64,000 nt of DNA from Halioglobus sp. (GTDB taxonomy: Bacteria > Pseudomonadota > Gammaproteobacteria > Pseudomonadales > Halieaceae): contig JAGRIH010000021.1 in assembly GCA_020443345.1 (NCBI GenBank), positions 45,018-109,017 of the forward strand. The letters run 5' to 3'. Under the pieces are notes generated by a model, which worked only from the letters and a program-made list of their open reading frames with translations, was not told the origin of the DNA and searched no databases. Positions 48,695-56,694 of the stretch are shown here, in pieces. The stretch's first letter is position 1; every line of letters begins with the position of its first letter. The translations under genes were made by a program, and so were the position numbers.

Positions 48695-48702
48695 TCACTA
48701 CC

Positions 48703-49419
48703 ATGCACCCCGGCCATGCGGCGGCATTATCGATACTGGTGATCACGAAACTGGCCGGCCCGCAGCAAGTGACTGCCGGCGAGCTCGTCTCCACCGGTAG
48801 TATCGGTCTCGCCAGTGGCCAGGTGTACCGGGGCATCGCCCTGGCCAGGGAGACTCTGGTCCCCAACATCAACGTCGCGCTGGAACACAGTTCGGGTGTG
48901 TATGCCCGAACCTGGCTGACCCGGGTGCAACTGGCGGGCCTGGCTTATCCGTCCGACGAAAGCACCTGGCAAACGCTACTGGACGTAGGCTATCTCTGGC
49001 AGTTGCAATCCCACTGGACGATTTCAGCCGCCCACCACTGGTATCACTACAGCGAAAACACCCGTGGGAGTGATCGCGACTATCGCGAATGGTCGGCCAG
49101 CCTGGACTATGGCGCCTACCTGACCCTCAACTACGCCTATACAAATGATTTGTGGGGGCGCGACCTGCGTCAGGACGTAACCACGCTCAGCGGCCGCTGG
49201 CCATTCACTCAGCGCCTTGTTGGCGAGGCCGCCGTCGGCTGGGTCAGCCAGCACGGTCAGCGTGGAGACAGCTACAGTTTCCTGCGCCTCAATGCCGGTT
49301 GTGTGATTCGCGACTGGAGTTTCCAGTTGCAGTTTCATACCACCCACAATGTCGACGGGTACTACCGCAAGAGCCGCATCGGCAATCAGTGGATCGCCCA
49401 GATGGATTGGCACTGGTAG
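48703..49419 (+). CDS. predicted outer-membrane beta-barrel (Gcw_chp/TIGR02001-like)
   Basis: SGQVYRGIALA..PNINVALEHSSGVYARTW resembles the SDYvfRGisq...G.Y.g.W start of that family. Alternating strands and a terminal ...AQMDWHW. The signal peptide is weak. Confidence 0.5.
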   Translation: MHPGHAAALSILVITKLAGPQQVTAGELVSTGSIGLASGQVYRGIALARETLVPNINVALEHSSGVYARTWLTRVQLAGLAYPSDESTWQTLLDVGYLWQLQSHWTISAAHHWYHYSENTRGSDRDYREWSASLDYGAYLTLNYAYTNDLWGRDLRQDVTTLSGRWPFTQRLVGEAAVGWVSQHGQRGDSYSFLRLNAGCVIRDWSFQLQFHTTHNVDGYYRKSRIGNQWIAQMDWHW

Positions 49420-49523
49420 GTGCTGGTCTGGCCGCCGTGGCCGGACCTGGAAGAAGTGCGGACTGAGGACTTCACCCCGCGACGCACCACTGAATTGGGA
49501 TAGATGGCGGGCCTGACCGATGA

Positions 49524-49690
49524 ATTCGGGAAGTGCAACTACCCGATGAGTCCGGTAGCAATTTTGACCGGGTATTGCGCGTGCTCGATTATCTTCAGCT
49601 CACCACGAAGCACCAGGTGGCGAAACCGGTGAACTGGAAAACAGACGAATATCGCATCATCGTGCCATCGCCGACTCCCGCGCACTCAGC
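49524..49690 (+). pseudogene. C-terminal fragment of a 1-Cys (Prx6-type) peroxiredoxin
   Basis: SGSNFDRVLRVLDYLQLTTKHQVAKPVNWKTDEYRIIVPS resembles the TGRNFDEILRVxDSLQLTxxxxVATPVNWKxGDxVMVxP C-terminal region. An in-frame stop lies just upstream and there is no N-terminal catalytic part. Confidence 0.55.
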
Positions 49691-49703
49691 GGCGAGGCCC
49701 GCC

Positions 49704-49967
49704 CCGGCTCACTGCTCATTGGCAGCTGCATCGAATCGGTGTCACTGTTGCGGTTTCATAAGACCGGGCATGTCGGCTGTGAGATAATGCTATTAAAGAC
49801 ATTTTACCTATATGGTCCAACTTATGGTGGATGCCTACGCAGCGGCGCGCTCGATGAGCGCCGCGCAGGTGCTGTCGCAGGCGGCGCCGGCCCTGCGCAA
49901 GCTGCGGGCCCGGCACGATCGGAAATACGGCCTGAGAGAGGTGGAACTGTTTCATGGGGAGTTCTGA
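49704..49967 (+). pseudogene. remnant of the LPS kinase locus: diverged promoter region plus the 3' end of the kinase gene
   Basis: 49704-49807 is a diverged copy of 41701-41796, including the first codons of the minus-strand kinase and the TGaGATAAT element. 49829-49967 is the last 46 codons of the + kinase. The body of the gene is missing. Confidence 0.8.
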
Positions 49968-50004
49968 GCCGCTAAAGCTGTACTGGTCATCCAGCAAACC
50001 GAAT
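49829..50004 (+). repeat. direct repeat, right copy (DR-R)
   Basis: Matches 42491-42666 with 3 mismatches. Confidence 0.95.
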
Positions 50005-50736
50005 GTCGGCGACTGGCTCTCGCCGCGGATTGTGCAGGCGCACACCAGCCGCGAGGTGGTACACGCGTCTGCCAGGCGCTGCGAATTCATGGCGATCGGC
50101 AGCATTCTGCACAAGGCGAAAAATTTGCCCTTCTCGCCGCGGCTGAGCGTGTGGGGCAGCGGCTACATGCACGATGGCCCCCCGGTAAAACTGAAACACC
50201 GCGTACACGCGGTGCGCGGCCGCCTGACAGCGGCACGCCTCAAGAACCACTGCGATCTGCCCTGCGGTGACCCCGGCCTGCTGGCGGCGCGGGTTTTTCC
50301 CCACTGCGCCGCTGCGCCGGTGCCGGGTCGGGTGGGCGTGGTGCCCCACTATACCGATCGCGACGAGCCGGCCGTGCGGCGTTTCGTCGAGCGCGTACCG
50401 GGTGCGCTCGCCATTGACATATTCGATGATGTGGAGGGGTTCCTGTGCAAACTCACGACCTGTTCTTTCGTGTTGTCCTCCAGTCTGCACGGCCTCATTC
50501 TGGCCGACGCCTTCAATATTCCCAACCAGTGGATCCGCTTGTCCGACCGGGTCGAGGGGCGGGATTTCAAGTTTTATGATTACTACAGCGTATTTGACCT
50601 GGCGCCGCCGCAATTCGCCGACCTGGAGCAGGTGGGCCGGGCAGAAATCGAGAGGCTGCAGCGCGACTACCGGCGCCCGGGCCTGGAAGCGGTCTGTGAT
50701 GCCCTGGCCGCGGCGTTTCCCGCGGAGTATCGGTAA
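49954..50736 (+). CDS. polysaccharide pyruvyl transferase family protein
   Basis: N-terminal ...SSSKPNVGDWLSPRIV (NxGDxLS motif) and C-terminal SSSLHGLILADAFNIP. Confidence 0.75.
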   Translation: MGSSEPLKLYWSSSKPNVGDWLSPRIVQAHTSREVVHASARRCEFMAIGSILHKAKNLPFSPRLSVWGSGYMHDGPPVKLKHRVHAVRGRLTAARLKNHCDLPCGDPGLLAARVFPHCAAAPVPGRVGVVPHYTDRDEPAVRRFVERVPGALAIDIFDDVEGFLCKLTTCSFVLSSSLHGLILADAFNIPNQWIRLSDRVEGRDFKFYDYYSVFDLAPPQFADLEQVGRAEIERLQRDYRRPGLEAVCDALAAAFPAEYR

Positions 50737-50760
50737 CTGCCGCCCAACGCCCGGTGGCGT

Positions 50761-52263
50761 TTAGCGCGCCCGGGTGGCGACAATGCGGACATCGCCGTGG
50801 CGCCCGCCCTCGAAGACGACAATCTCGTGCAAGCCGTGGCGTTGTAAAAAAGTACGCCAGCGCGCTGCATCCGGCGGCCGCACCAGCATGGCCAGATAGT
50901 CCCGGCCGCCCCAGAATGCATCGTCCGACAGCATGCTCCACATGTCGAAGCGCTTGCGTGAAGCACTGTCCCACTCGATATCGCGACCACTGAAATAGGC
51001 GATGTAGCGTTCGTTGGTGACTAGCGTGGCGTGCTCCGGGGTATTTTCAGCCAGCCACAGCGTGGCATCGCGGATAAAAATCTTTTCGCTTCTGGCATTG
51101 TCCAGGCTGTCCAGCACAAAGGCCAGCAACAGGGCGGCAATGAGCAACTTCACCCAGGTGCGGCCGCTGTTCTGCCACAGTGCGTTGAGAACAAAGGGTA
51201 CGTAGAGCAGGGCGAAGATGACCAACTGATTGCTGTAGCGTTCCAGCATAAAGCGGTTGATCAGGGTGAAGGCGAGCAGATAGCCGAGGCTAATCAACAG
51301 GTGCGCGTGGAGCAGGACCGCATCCTGCGGTCGAAACCGCGCCAGCAGCTTGTCCTTTGCGCCCCACAACAGCACCGCGACATAGGGCCAGGTCAGCGCT
51401 CGACCGATATTCAGCAACAGGATTGCCAGCAGGCCCGCCAGTACCGCCGCGATTCCGTCTTCCCGCGCGGAGCCGCGCAACAGCAGCTCTGCGTTGGCCG
51501 CTGCGAGCTGTGTCAGCTCGCCGGGAACGGCCAGCAGTCGCGTGACATGGACCCTGATACCGGGCAGTTGCAGTGGCTGCGGCAGTACGCTGACCACGAT
51601 TGCCGCGCCGATGCCCGCGACCACCAACACCGGCCATAACAGGCTCAGACCAAGCCGCAGTTTGTGCGGTTGGTCCTTGAGCAACAAAAGGCTCAGCGGC
51701 GCCAGTGCGGCGAAGAACAGTCCCTCGAAGCGAAACAGCGAGGCGAGCATCACACAGACCAGCCAGCCCAGCCGGTGTCGCCAGCGCGCGGTGCGCAGAT
51801 ACAACAGCAGTTGCCGCAGCGACAGCACGATGAAGGCCCAATAGGCCGGGTCGCGGACGATGGAACTGCGGTAGTCGTTCAGCATGGGGTGGGACAGTAC
51901 GACGACGGCGGCAAACAACTGCACCCGGCGGTCGCCGCCCAGCGTGTGCACGGTGGCGACAAACGCCGCGCAAAACAGCGCGTAGAACAGCGAATTCAGT
52001 AACTGTCCCGCCCACTCCAGCGGCAGCCCGGTCCACTTGTGCAGCAGCGCGAAGCAGATGGAAATCAGCGGGCGATCAAACAACTGTTGGCTGGCCACAA
52101 AGCCGTCGCGCAGGTAGGCATCGGCACTGCGCAAGTATATGATGGCATCGCGGTTGAGCAGCGGGTCGATGGCGATCAGCCATCCGGACAGCAACAGGCT
52201 GGCCAGTACGATCCAGCGGTAATCGATGGGGGCCATGGCCGCTGCGGCGGGATTATTGTGCAC
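50761..52263 (-). CDS. integral-membrane glycosyltransferase (GT39/GT83, ArnT/PMT-like) with C-terminal soluble domain
   Basis: About 11 hydrophobic segments and an N-terminal loop NRDAIIYLRSADAYL..., as in PMT_2-type enzymes. LPS locus context. Confidence 0.6.
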   Translation of the reverse strand: MHNNPAAAAMAPIDYRWIVLASLLLSGWLIAIDPLLNRDAIIYLRSADAYLRDGFVASQQLFDRPLISICFALLHKWTGLPLEWAGQLLNSLFYALFCAAFVATVHTLGGDRRVQLFAAVVVLSHPMLNDYRSSIVRDPAYWAFIVLSLRQLLLYLRTARWRHRLGWLVCVMLASLFRFEGLFFAALAPLSLLLLKDQPHKLRLGLSLLWPVLVVAGIGAAIVVSVLPQPLQLPGIRVHVTRLLAVPGELTQLAAANAELLLRGSAREDGIAAVLAGLLAILLLNIGRALTWPYVAVLLWGAKDKLLARFRPQDAVLLHAHLLISLGYLLAFTLINRFMLERYSNQLVIFALLYVPFVLNALWQNSGRTWVKLLIAALLLAFVLDSLDNARSEKIFIRDATLWLAENTPEHATLVTNERYIAYFSGRDIEWDSASRKRFDMWSMLSDDAFWGGRDYLAMLVRPPDAARWRTFLQRHGLHEIVVFEGGRHGDVRIVATRAR

Positions 52264-52395
52264 TATCTGCCTCGCTGTCGGCGGCTCGCTGCAAGTTACA
52301 CTGTGAATAACCGGGTGCGCCGTGTGGACTCTGATGTCGGCGCCAGTCTGGCGCCAGGCTCTGGGAGAAGCGGGCGCGCTGCTACTTTACCCTAA

Positions 52396-53301
52396 ATGTG
52401 CCGAGGAATCAGTTTGCAGGAAAAGGTCGTCATTACCGGTGCGGGTGGCCAGCTGGCAAGCGAGTTGCTGCGCTATGCCGACCGCGCGTTTTGCTGCGTG
52501 CCCCTGGAGCGCGCGCAGCTGGATATCGGCGATGCGCGAGCGCTCAGCGACCGCCTGCAACAACACGCGCCGCGGCTCGTCATCAACGCCGCCGCCTACA
52601 CTGCGGTGGATGCTGCCGAGACCGATGCGGACGCAGCGCGGCGCGCCAATGAGCTGGGTCCGGCCAATCTGGCCCGCGCCTGCCGGCAGCAGGGTATTCG
52701 CCTGATGCATGTTTCCACCGATTTCGTGTTCGACGGACTCGCCTCCCGCCCCTATGCGGCCAGCGCGCCCACCGCGCCGCTGGGTGAATACGGCCGCAGT
52801 AAACTGGCGGGCGAGATCGCCGTGCGCGAGGCCCTGCCAGACGCACTGATTGTCCGCACAGGCTGGGTCTATTCGATGTTCGGCAATAACTTTGTCAAAA
52901 CCATGTTGCGCCTGATGGCCCAGCGCGACGAACTGGCGGTGGTGGCCGACCAGGTCGGTACGCCGACCTGGGCCGCGGGGCTGGCGCGGGCGCTGTGGGC
53001 GGCGGCCGCGCGGCCGCAGCTCGGCGGCATCTACCACTGGAGCGATGCGGGGGTGTGCAGCTGGTATGATTTTGCCGTAGCCATTTATGAAGAGGGCTGC
53101 GCTGCCGGGCTGCTGCAGCGGCCGGTGCGCATCCGCCCCATCGGCAGTGATGAATACCCCACCGCGGCCCGGCGCCCGGCCTACAGCGTACTCGACAAGA
53201 CCGGCACCTGGCGCGACCTGGAGCTGGAACCGGTGCACTGGCGGCAACAGCTGCGCGCCATGCTGGCGCAGTACCGCGACGGTAGCCATGCGGACGTGTA
53301 G
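52396..53301 (+). CDS. rfbD: dTDP-4-dehydrorhamnose reductase
   Basis: VVITGAGGQLA Rossmann fold, AAYTAVD, STDFVFDG...YGRSKLAGE. Confidence 0.92.
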   Translation: MCRGISLQEKVVITGAGGQLASELLRYADRAFCCVPLERAQLDIGDARALSDRLQQHAPRLVINAAAYTAVDAAETDADAARRANELGPANLARACRQQGIRLMHVSTDFVFDGLASRPYAASAPTAPLGEYGRSKLAGEIAVREALPDALIVRTGWVYSMFGNNFVKTMLRLMAQRDELAVVADQVGTPTWAAGLARALWAAAARPQLGGIYHWSDAGVCSWYDFAVAIYEEGCAAGLLQRPVRIRPIGSDEYPTAARRPAYSVLDKTGTWRDLELEPVHWRQQLRAMLAQYRDGSHADV

Positions 53302-53340
53302 AGAGCCGCTGTTCGCACCCGGGCGGCGTCCGGGCCACCC

Positions 53341-53380
53341 CAGGCCGGGCCACGCCAGGCCGGGCCGCGCCAGGCCAGCC
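53341..53380. repeat. 15-bp tandem repeat (CAGGCCGGGCCRCGC, 2 units plus a partial unit)
   Basis: Read directly from the sequence, in the rfbD-rfbB intergenic region. Confidence 0.85.
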
Positions 53381-53444
53381 ATCCCTCGCGGCTCAGACCG
53401 CTTTGCCGCGCGCGACAAACACGACCATTACGACAGGTGTTCCT

Positions 53445-54521
53445 ATGTCTAACGCAAGACCCCGGGCGCTGCTGGTGACCGGTGCCGCCGGTTTTATCGG
53501 CGCCAATTTCATGCACTACTGGGCGCGCGCCCACCCCGCGGACACGCTGGTTGCCTACGACGCCCTCACCTATGCCGGCAACCTCGCCAGCCTGGAGTCC
53601 CTGCGCGGCCGCGACAACGTCCACTTCATACATGCCGATATCTGCGACGGCGATCGCGTGCTGGCCACCCTGCGCGAACACTGCGTGGATACCATCGTGC
53701 ACTTTGCCGCCGAGAGCCATGTCGACCGCTCCATCAGCGGTTCGGACGCCTTTATCCAGACCAACATAGTGGGTACCCACAGCCTGCTGCAGGCCGCCCG
53801 CGAGGCCTGGCTGGGCGCCGATGCGACGGTGGCGCAGCACCGCTTTCACCACGTCTCCACCGATGAAGTGTACGGCTCGCTGAGTGCGGATGCGCCGGGG
53901 TTTCACGAGCGGCAGCAGTATCAGCCCAACTCGCCCTATTCCGCCAGCAAGGCCGCGTCCGACCACCTGGTGCGGGCCTGGCTGCACACCTACGGCCTGC
54001 AGGTGACCATCAGCAACTGCTCCAACAATTACGGTCCCTACCACTTTCCGGAAAAGCTGATCCCGCTGTGCATTACCAATATCCTGCGCGGGCTGCCGCT
54101 GCCGGTTTACGGCGACGGCAGCAACATCCGGGACTGGTTGTACGTAGAGGATCACTGCCGCGGCATAGAGCTGGTCTTGCAGGCCGGAGAAGTGGGGCAG
54201 GCCTACAATATCGGCGGCAACAACGAGTGGAGTAACCTCGATATCGTGCACCTGCTGTGCGACGAACTGGATAAGCGCTTTGCCGCGGACGCGGACCTGG
54301 TCCGGCGCTTCCCGGCGGCGCCGGGCGCCGCCGGCACCAGTGCGCGAGAGCTCGTCACCTTCGTGCAGGACCGGGCGGGCCACGACTGGCGCTACGCGAT
54401 CGATGCCGGCAAGATAAGCGCTGAACTGGGCTACACCCCGCGCGAAAGCTTCGCCAGCGGCCTGCAGCGCACGGTGGACTGGTTCCTCGACAACCAGGCC
54501 TGGTGGCAGCCGCTGCTGTGA
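53445..54521 (+). CDS. rfbB: dTDP-glucose 4,6-dehydratase
   Basis: LLVTGAAGFIGANF, HVSTDEVYG, SPYSASKAASDHLV. Start at ATG 53445. Confidence 0.96.
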   Translation: MSNARPRALLVTGAAGFIGANFMHYWARAHPADTLVAYDALTYAGNLASLESLRGRDNVHFIHADICDGDRVLATLREHCVDTIVHFAAESHVDRSISGSDAFIQTNIVGTHSLLQAAREAWLGADATVAQHRFHHVSTDEVYGSLSADAPGFHERQQYQPNSPYSASKAASDHLVRAWLHTYGLQVTISNCSNNYGPYHFPEKLIPLCITNILRGLPLPVYGDGSNIRDWLYVEDHCRGIELVLQAGEVGQAYNIGGNNEWSNLDIVHLLCDELDKRFAADADLVRRFPAAPGAAGTSARELVTFVQDRAGHDWRYAIDAGKISAELGYTPRESFASGLQRTVDWFLDNQAWWQPLL

Positions 54522-54567
54522 GTCTCACCGCGGTATCTGACTACCAGGCCGAAGGAGTAACGGTATC

Positions 54568-56082
54568 ATGGCGGAACCAACGGCTTCGAATTTGTACCAG
54601 GCGTTTCGACGTCATTTTCCCGCGGATGGGTCAAAGGTACTGCTGACCACCGACAGTGGCGAAGTGTTCAGCTATGACGATGCGCAGCACAAGTCGGCAC
54701 AGGCCGCCAACTACCTGGTGGCAGCGGGCCTGGTGCCCGGTGATCGGCTCACTGTCCAGGTAGAAAAATCCCCGGCCATGCTGTGGCTGTACCTCGGTGC
54801 CCTGCGCGCCGGTCTGGTTTTTCACCCGCTCAACACCGCCTACACCACCGACGAGCTGAGGTATTTTTTGGAGGATGCCCGGCCTTGCATGGTGATTTGC
54901 GACGACTCAAAACGCGCGAGCTTTGCAACGCTGTGTGCACAGAGCGGGGTTCCCACCCTGAGAACCCTGAATGCAGATGGCAGCGGCAGCTTCGCGCAAG
55001 AGGTGTCACGCCAACCCCGCGAATTTACCACGGTGCAGACCGCGGCCGATGACCTGGCCGCCCTGCTGTATTCCTCCGGAACCACCGGGCGGCCCAAAGG
55101 TATCATGCTGTCCCACAGGAACCTGATGGTCAACGCGCAAGCCCTCACCGACTGCTGGGGTTTCAGCGCAGACGACTGTCTACTGCACGCGTTGCCTGTG
55201 TTTCATGTTCACGGGCTGTTTGTCGCCATCGGCTGTGTCCTGATGAGTGGCGCTAGCATGTGCTGGTTAGCGAAGTTCGATACCGCTGCGGTCATGCGGC
55301 ACCTGTCGCGCTGCACGGTAATGATGGGGGTGCCGACCTATTACACGCGCCTGCTCGCCGAGCCGGCTTTTGGCGCACCGAGTTGTGACACGGTGCGCCT
55401 GTTCATTTCCGGCTCGGCGCCGCTGCACAGTGACACGTTCCGGGAATTTGAAAAACGCACCGGCAAGGCCATTTTGGAAAGGTACGGCATGACGGAAACC
55501 GGCATCAATACCTCCAACCCGCTGTATGGTGAGCGGCGGGCCGGCACCGTCGGTTTTCCCCTGCCCGGCGTGGAGCTGCGCATCGCCGGTGCGGACAACC
55601 GAGCGCTGCCGCCGGAAGCCGTGGGCGACATCCAGGTGAGGGGGCAGAATGTATTTGCCGGATACTGGAACCTGCCGGAGAAAACCGCTGAGGATTTTAC
55701 CGGCGACGGGTTCTTCACTACCGGGGACAAGGGGCAGCTCGATGCGGATGGCTATGTGTCCATTGTCGGCCGCTCCAGGGACCTGATCATAACCGGCGGT
55801 CTCAACGTCTACCCCCGGGAAGTGGAGCTGCTGATCGACGAGCTGGCGGGGGTGGTGGAGTCGGCAGTGATCGGTATCCCGCATCCGGACTTCGGGGAGG
55901 CCGTGGTCGCCGTGGTGGTTCGGGAGGCGGGCGCCGCTGTGCGAGAGGCGGATGTCATCGGGCACATCAGAACCCGGGCCGCCAATTTCAAGGTGCCCAA
56001 ACGTGTGGTCTTTGCCGACGAGCTGCCCAGAAACACGATGGGCAAGGTGCAGAAAAACCTACTGCGGGAAAACTACAGCTAA
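54568..56082 (+). CDS. AMP-dependent acyl-CoA synthetase, malonyl-CoA synthetase (MatB)-like
   Basis: AMP-binding motif LLYSSGTTGRPKGIM, YGMTETG, GDKGQLDADGYVSIVGRSRD. The N-terminal VQVEKSPAMLWLYLGALRAGLVFHPLNTAY resembles MatB as I remember it. Confidence 0.7.
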   Translation: MAEPTASNLYQAFRRHFPADGSKVLLTTDSGEVFSYDDAQHKSAQAANYLVAAGLVPGDRLTVQVEKSPAMLWLYLGALRAGLVFHPLNTAYTTDELRYFLEDARPCMVICDDSKRASFATLCAQSGVPTLRTLNADGSGSFAQEVSRQPREFTTVQTAADDLAALLYSSGTTGRPKGIMLSHRNLMVNAQALTDCWGFSADDCLLHALPVFHVHGLFVAIGCVLMSGASMCWLAKFDTAAVMRHLSRCTVMMGVPTYYTRLLAEPAFGAPSCDTVRLFISGSAPLHSDTFREFEKRTGKAILERYGMTETGINTSNPLYGERRAGTVGFPLPGVELRIAGADNRALPPEAVGDIQVRGQNVFAGYWNLPEKTAEDFTGDGFFTTGDKGQLDADGYVSIVGRSRDLIITGGLNVYPREVELLIDELAGVVESAVIGIPHPDFGEAVVAVVVREAGAAVREADVIGHIRTRAANFKVPKRVVFADELPRNTMGKVQKNLLRENYS

Positions 56083-56145
56083 CCGCGACTAGCGCAAGGA
56101 GCGGTTACGTCCAGTTCCTCGGTATCCGCGCACGCCGGCAAAACG

Positions 56146-56694
56146 TCAGGTCAGCAGGGGTACATCAGCCCAGGGCAGCCCCGCGGCGTCCTTGTCCGAC
56201 AGGCGCGGCGTACCCCCGGCATCCAGCGGCCAGTCGATACCGACCGCGGGGTCGTTCCAGGCCAGGGACACCTCGCTGTCAGGGTGATAGCTATCTGTGC
56301 ACTTGTACTGAAAGTCGGCGTACTCGGACGTCACATAGAAGCCGTGGGCGAAGCCGGGTGGGACCCACAGCATGCGGTGCGTCTTTGCGTCCAGCGTGAC
56401 CCCGTACCACTGGCCCAGTGTGTCGGAATCGCGGCGCAGATCGACCACCACGTCAAATACCTCACCCGAGGTGACACGCACCAGTTTGCCCTGAGTATGC
56501 TGCATCTGGTAGTGCAGGCCGCGCAGGGTACCGCGCGCTGAACGGCTGTGGTTGTCCTGTACGAAGTCGATATCGAAACCCGCGTCGCGAAAGCTCGCTG
56601 CGTTCCAGCTCTCCAGGAAGAAACCGCGCGCATCGCCGAACACCCGCGGCTGTACCAGGTAAACACCCGGCAGTGGTGTGGCTTCAAATTTCAT
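56146..56694 (-). CDS. rfbC: dTDP-4-dehydrorhamnose 3,5-epimerase
   Basis: [26 protein letters not shown]. Confidence 0.96.
   Translation of the reverse strand: MKFEATPLPGVYLVQPRVFGDARGFFLESWNAASFRDAGFDIDFVQDNHSRSARGTLRGLHYQMQHTQGKLVRVTSGEVFDVVVDLRRDSDTLGQWYGVTLDAKTHRMLWVPPGFAHGFYVTSEYADFQYKCTDSYHPDSEVSLAWNDPAVGIDWPLDAGGTPRLSDKDAAGLPWADVPLLT

Larger units (their letters stand above)
42667..49828. other. inserted genomic island (no recognisable mobility genes) inside the LPS core locus
   Basis: Bounded by DR-L and DR-R. The gene content is unrelated to LPS synthesis. Codon third positions are visibly less G/C-biased than in the flanking waa genes (qualitative, not computed). Confidence 0.75.

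Noticed and set aside
42667-49828. Island as a prophage, integrative element or IS composite
   Set aside because: No integrase, transposase, recombinase, phage structural gene, tRNA target or terminal inverted repeats are visible. The flanking repeats are host gene sequence rather than att or IS ends, so I call it only an insertion of unknown mechanism.
53181-54383. 400-aa minus-strand ORF
   Set aside because: Antisense to rfbB (dTDP-glucose 4,6-dehydratase), which is unambiguous.
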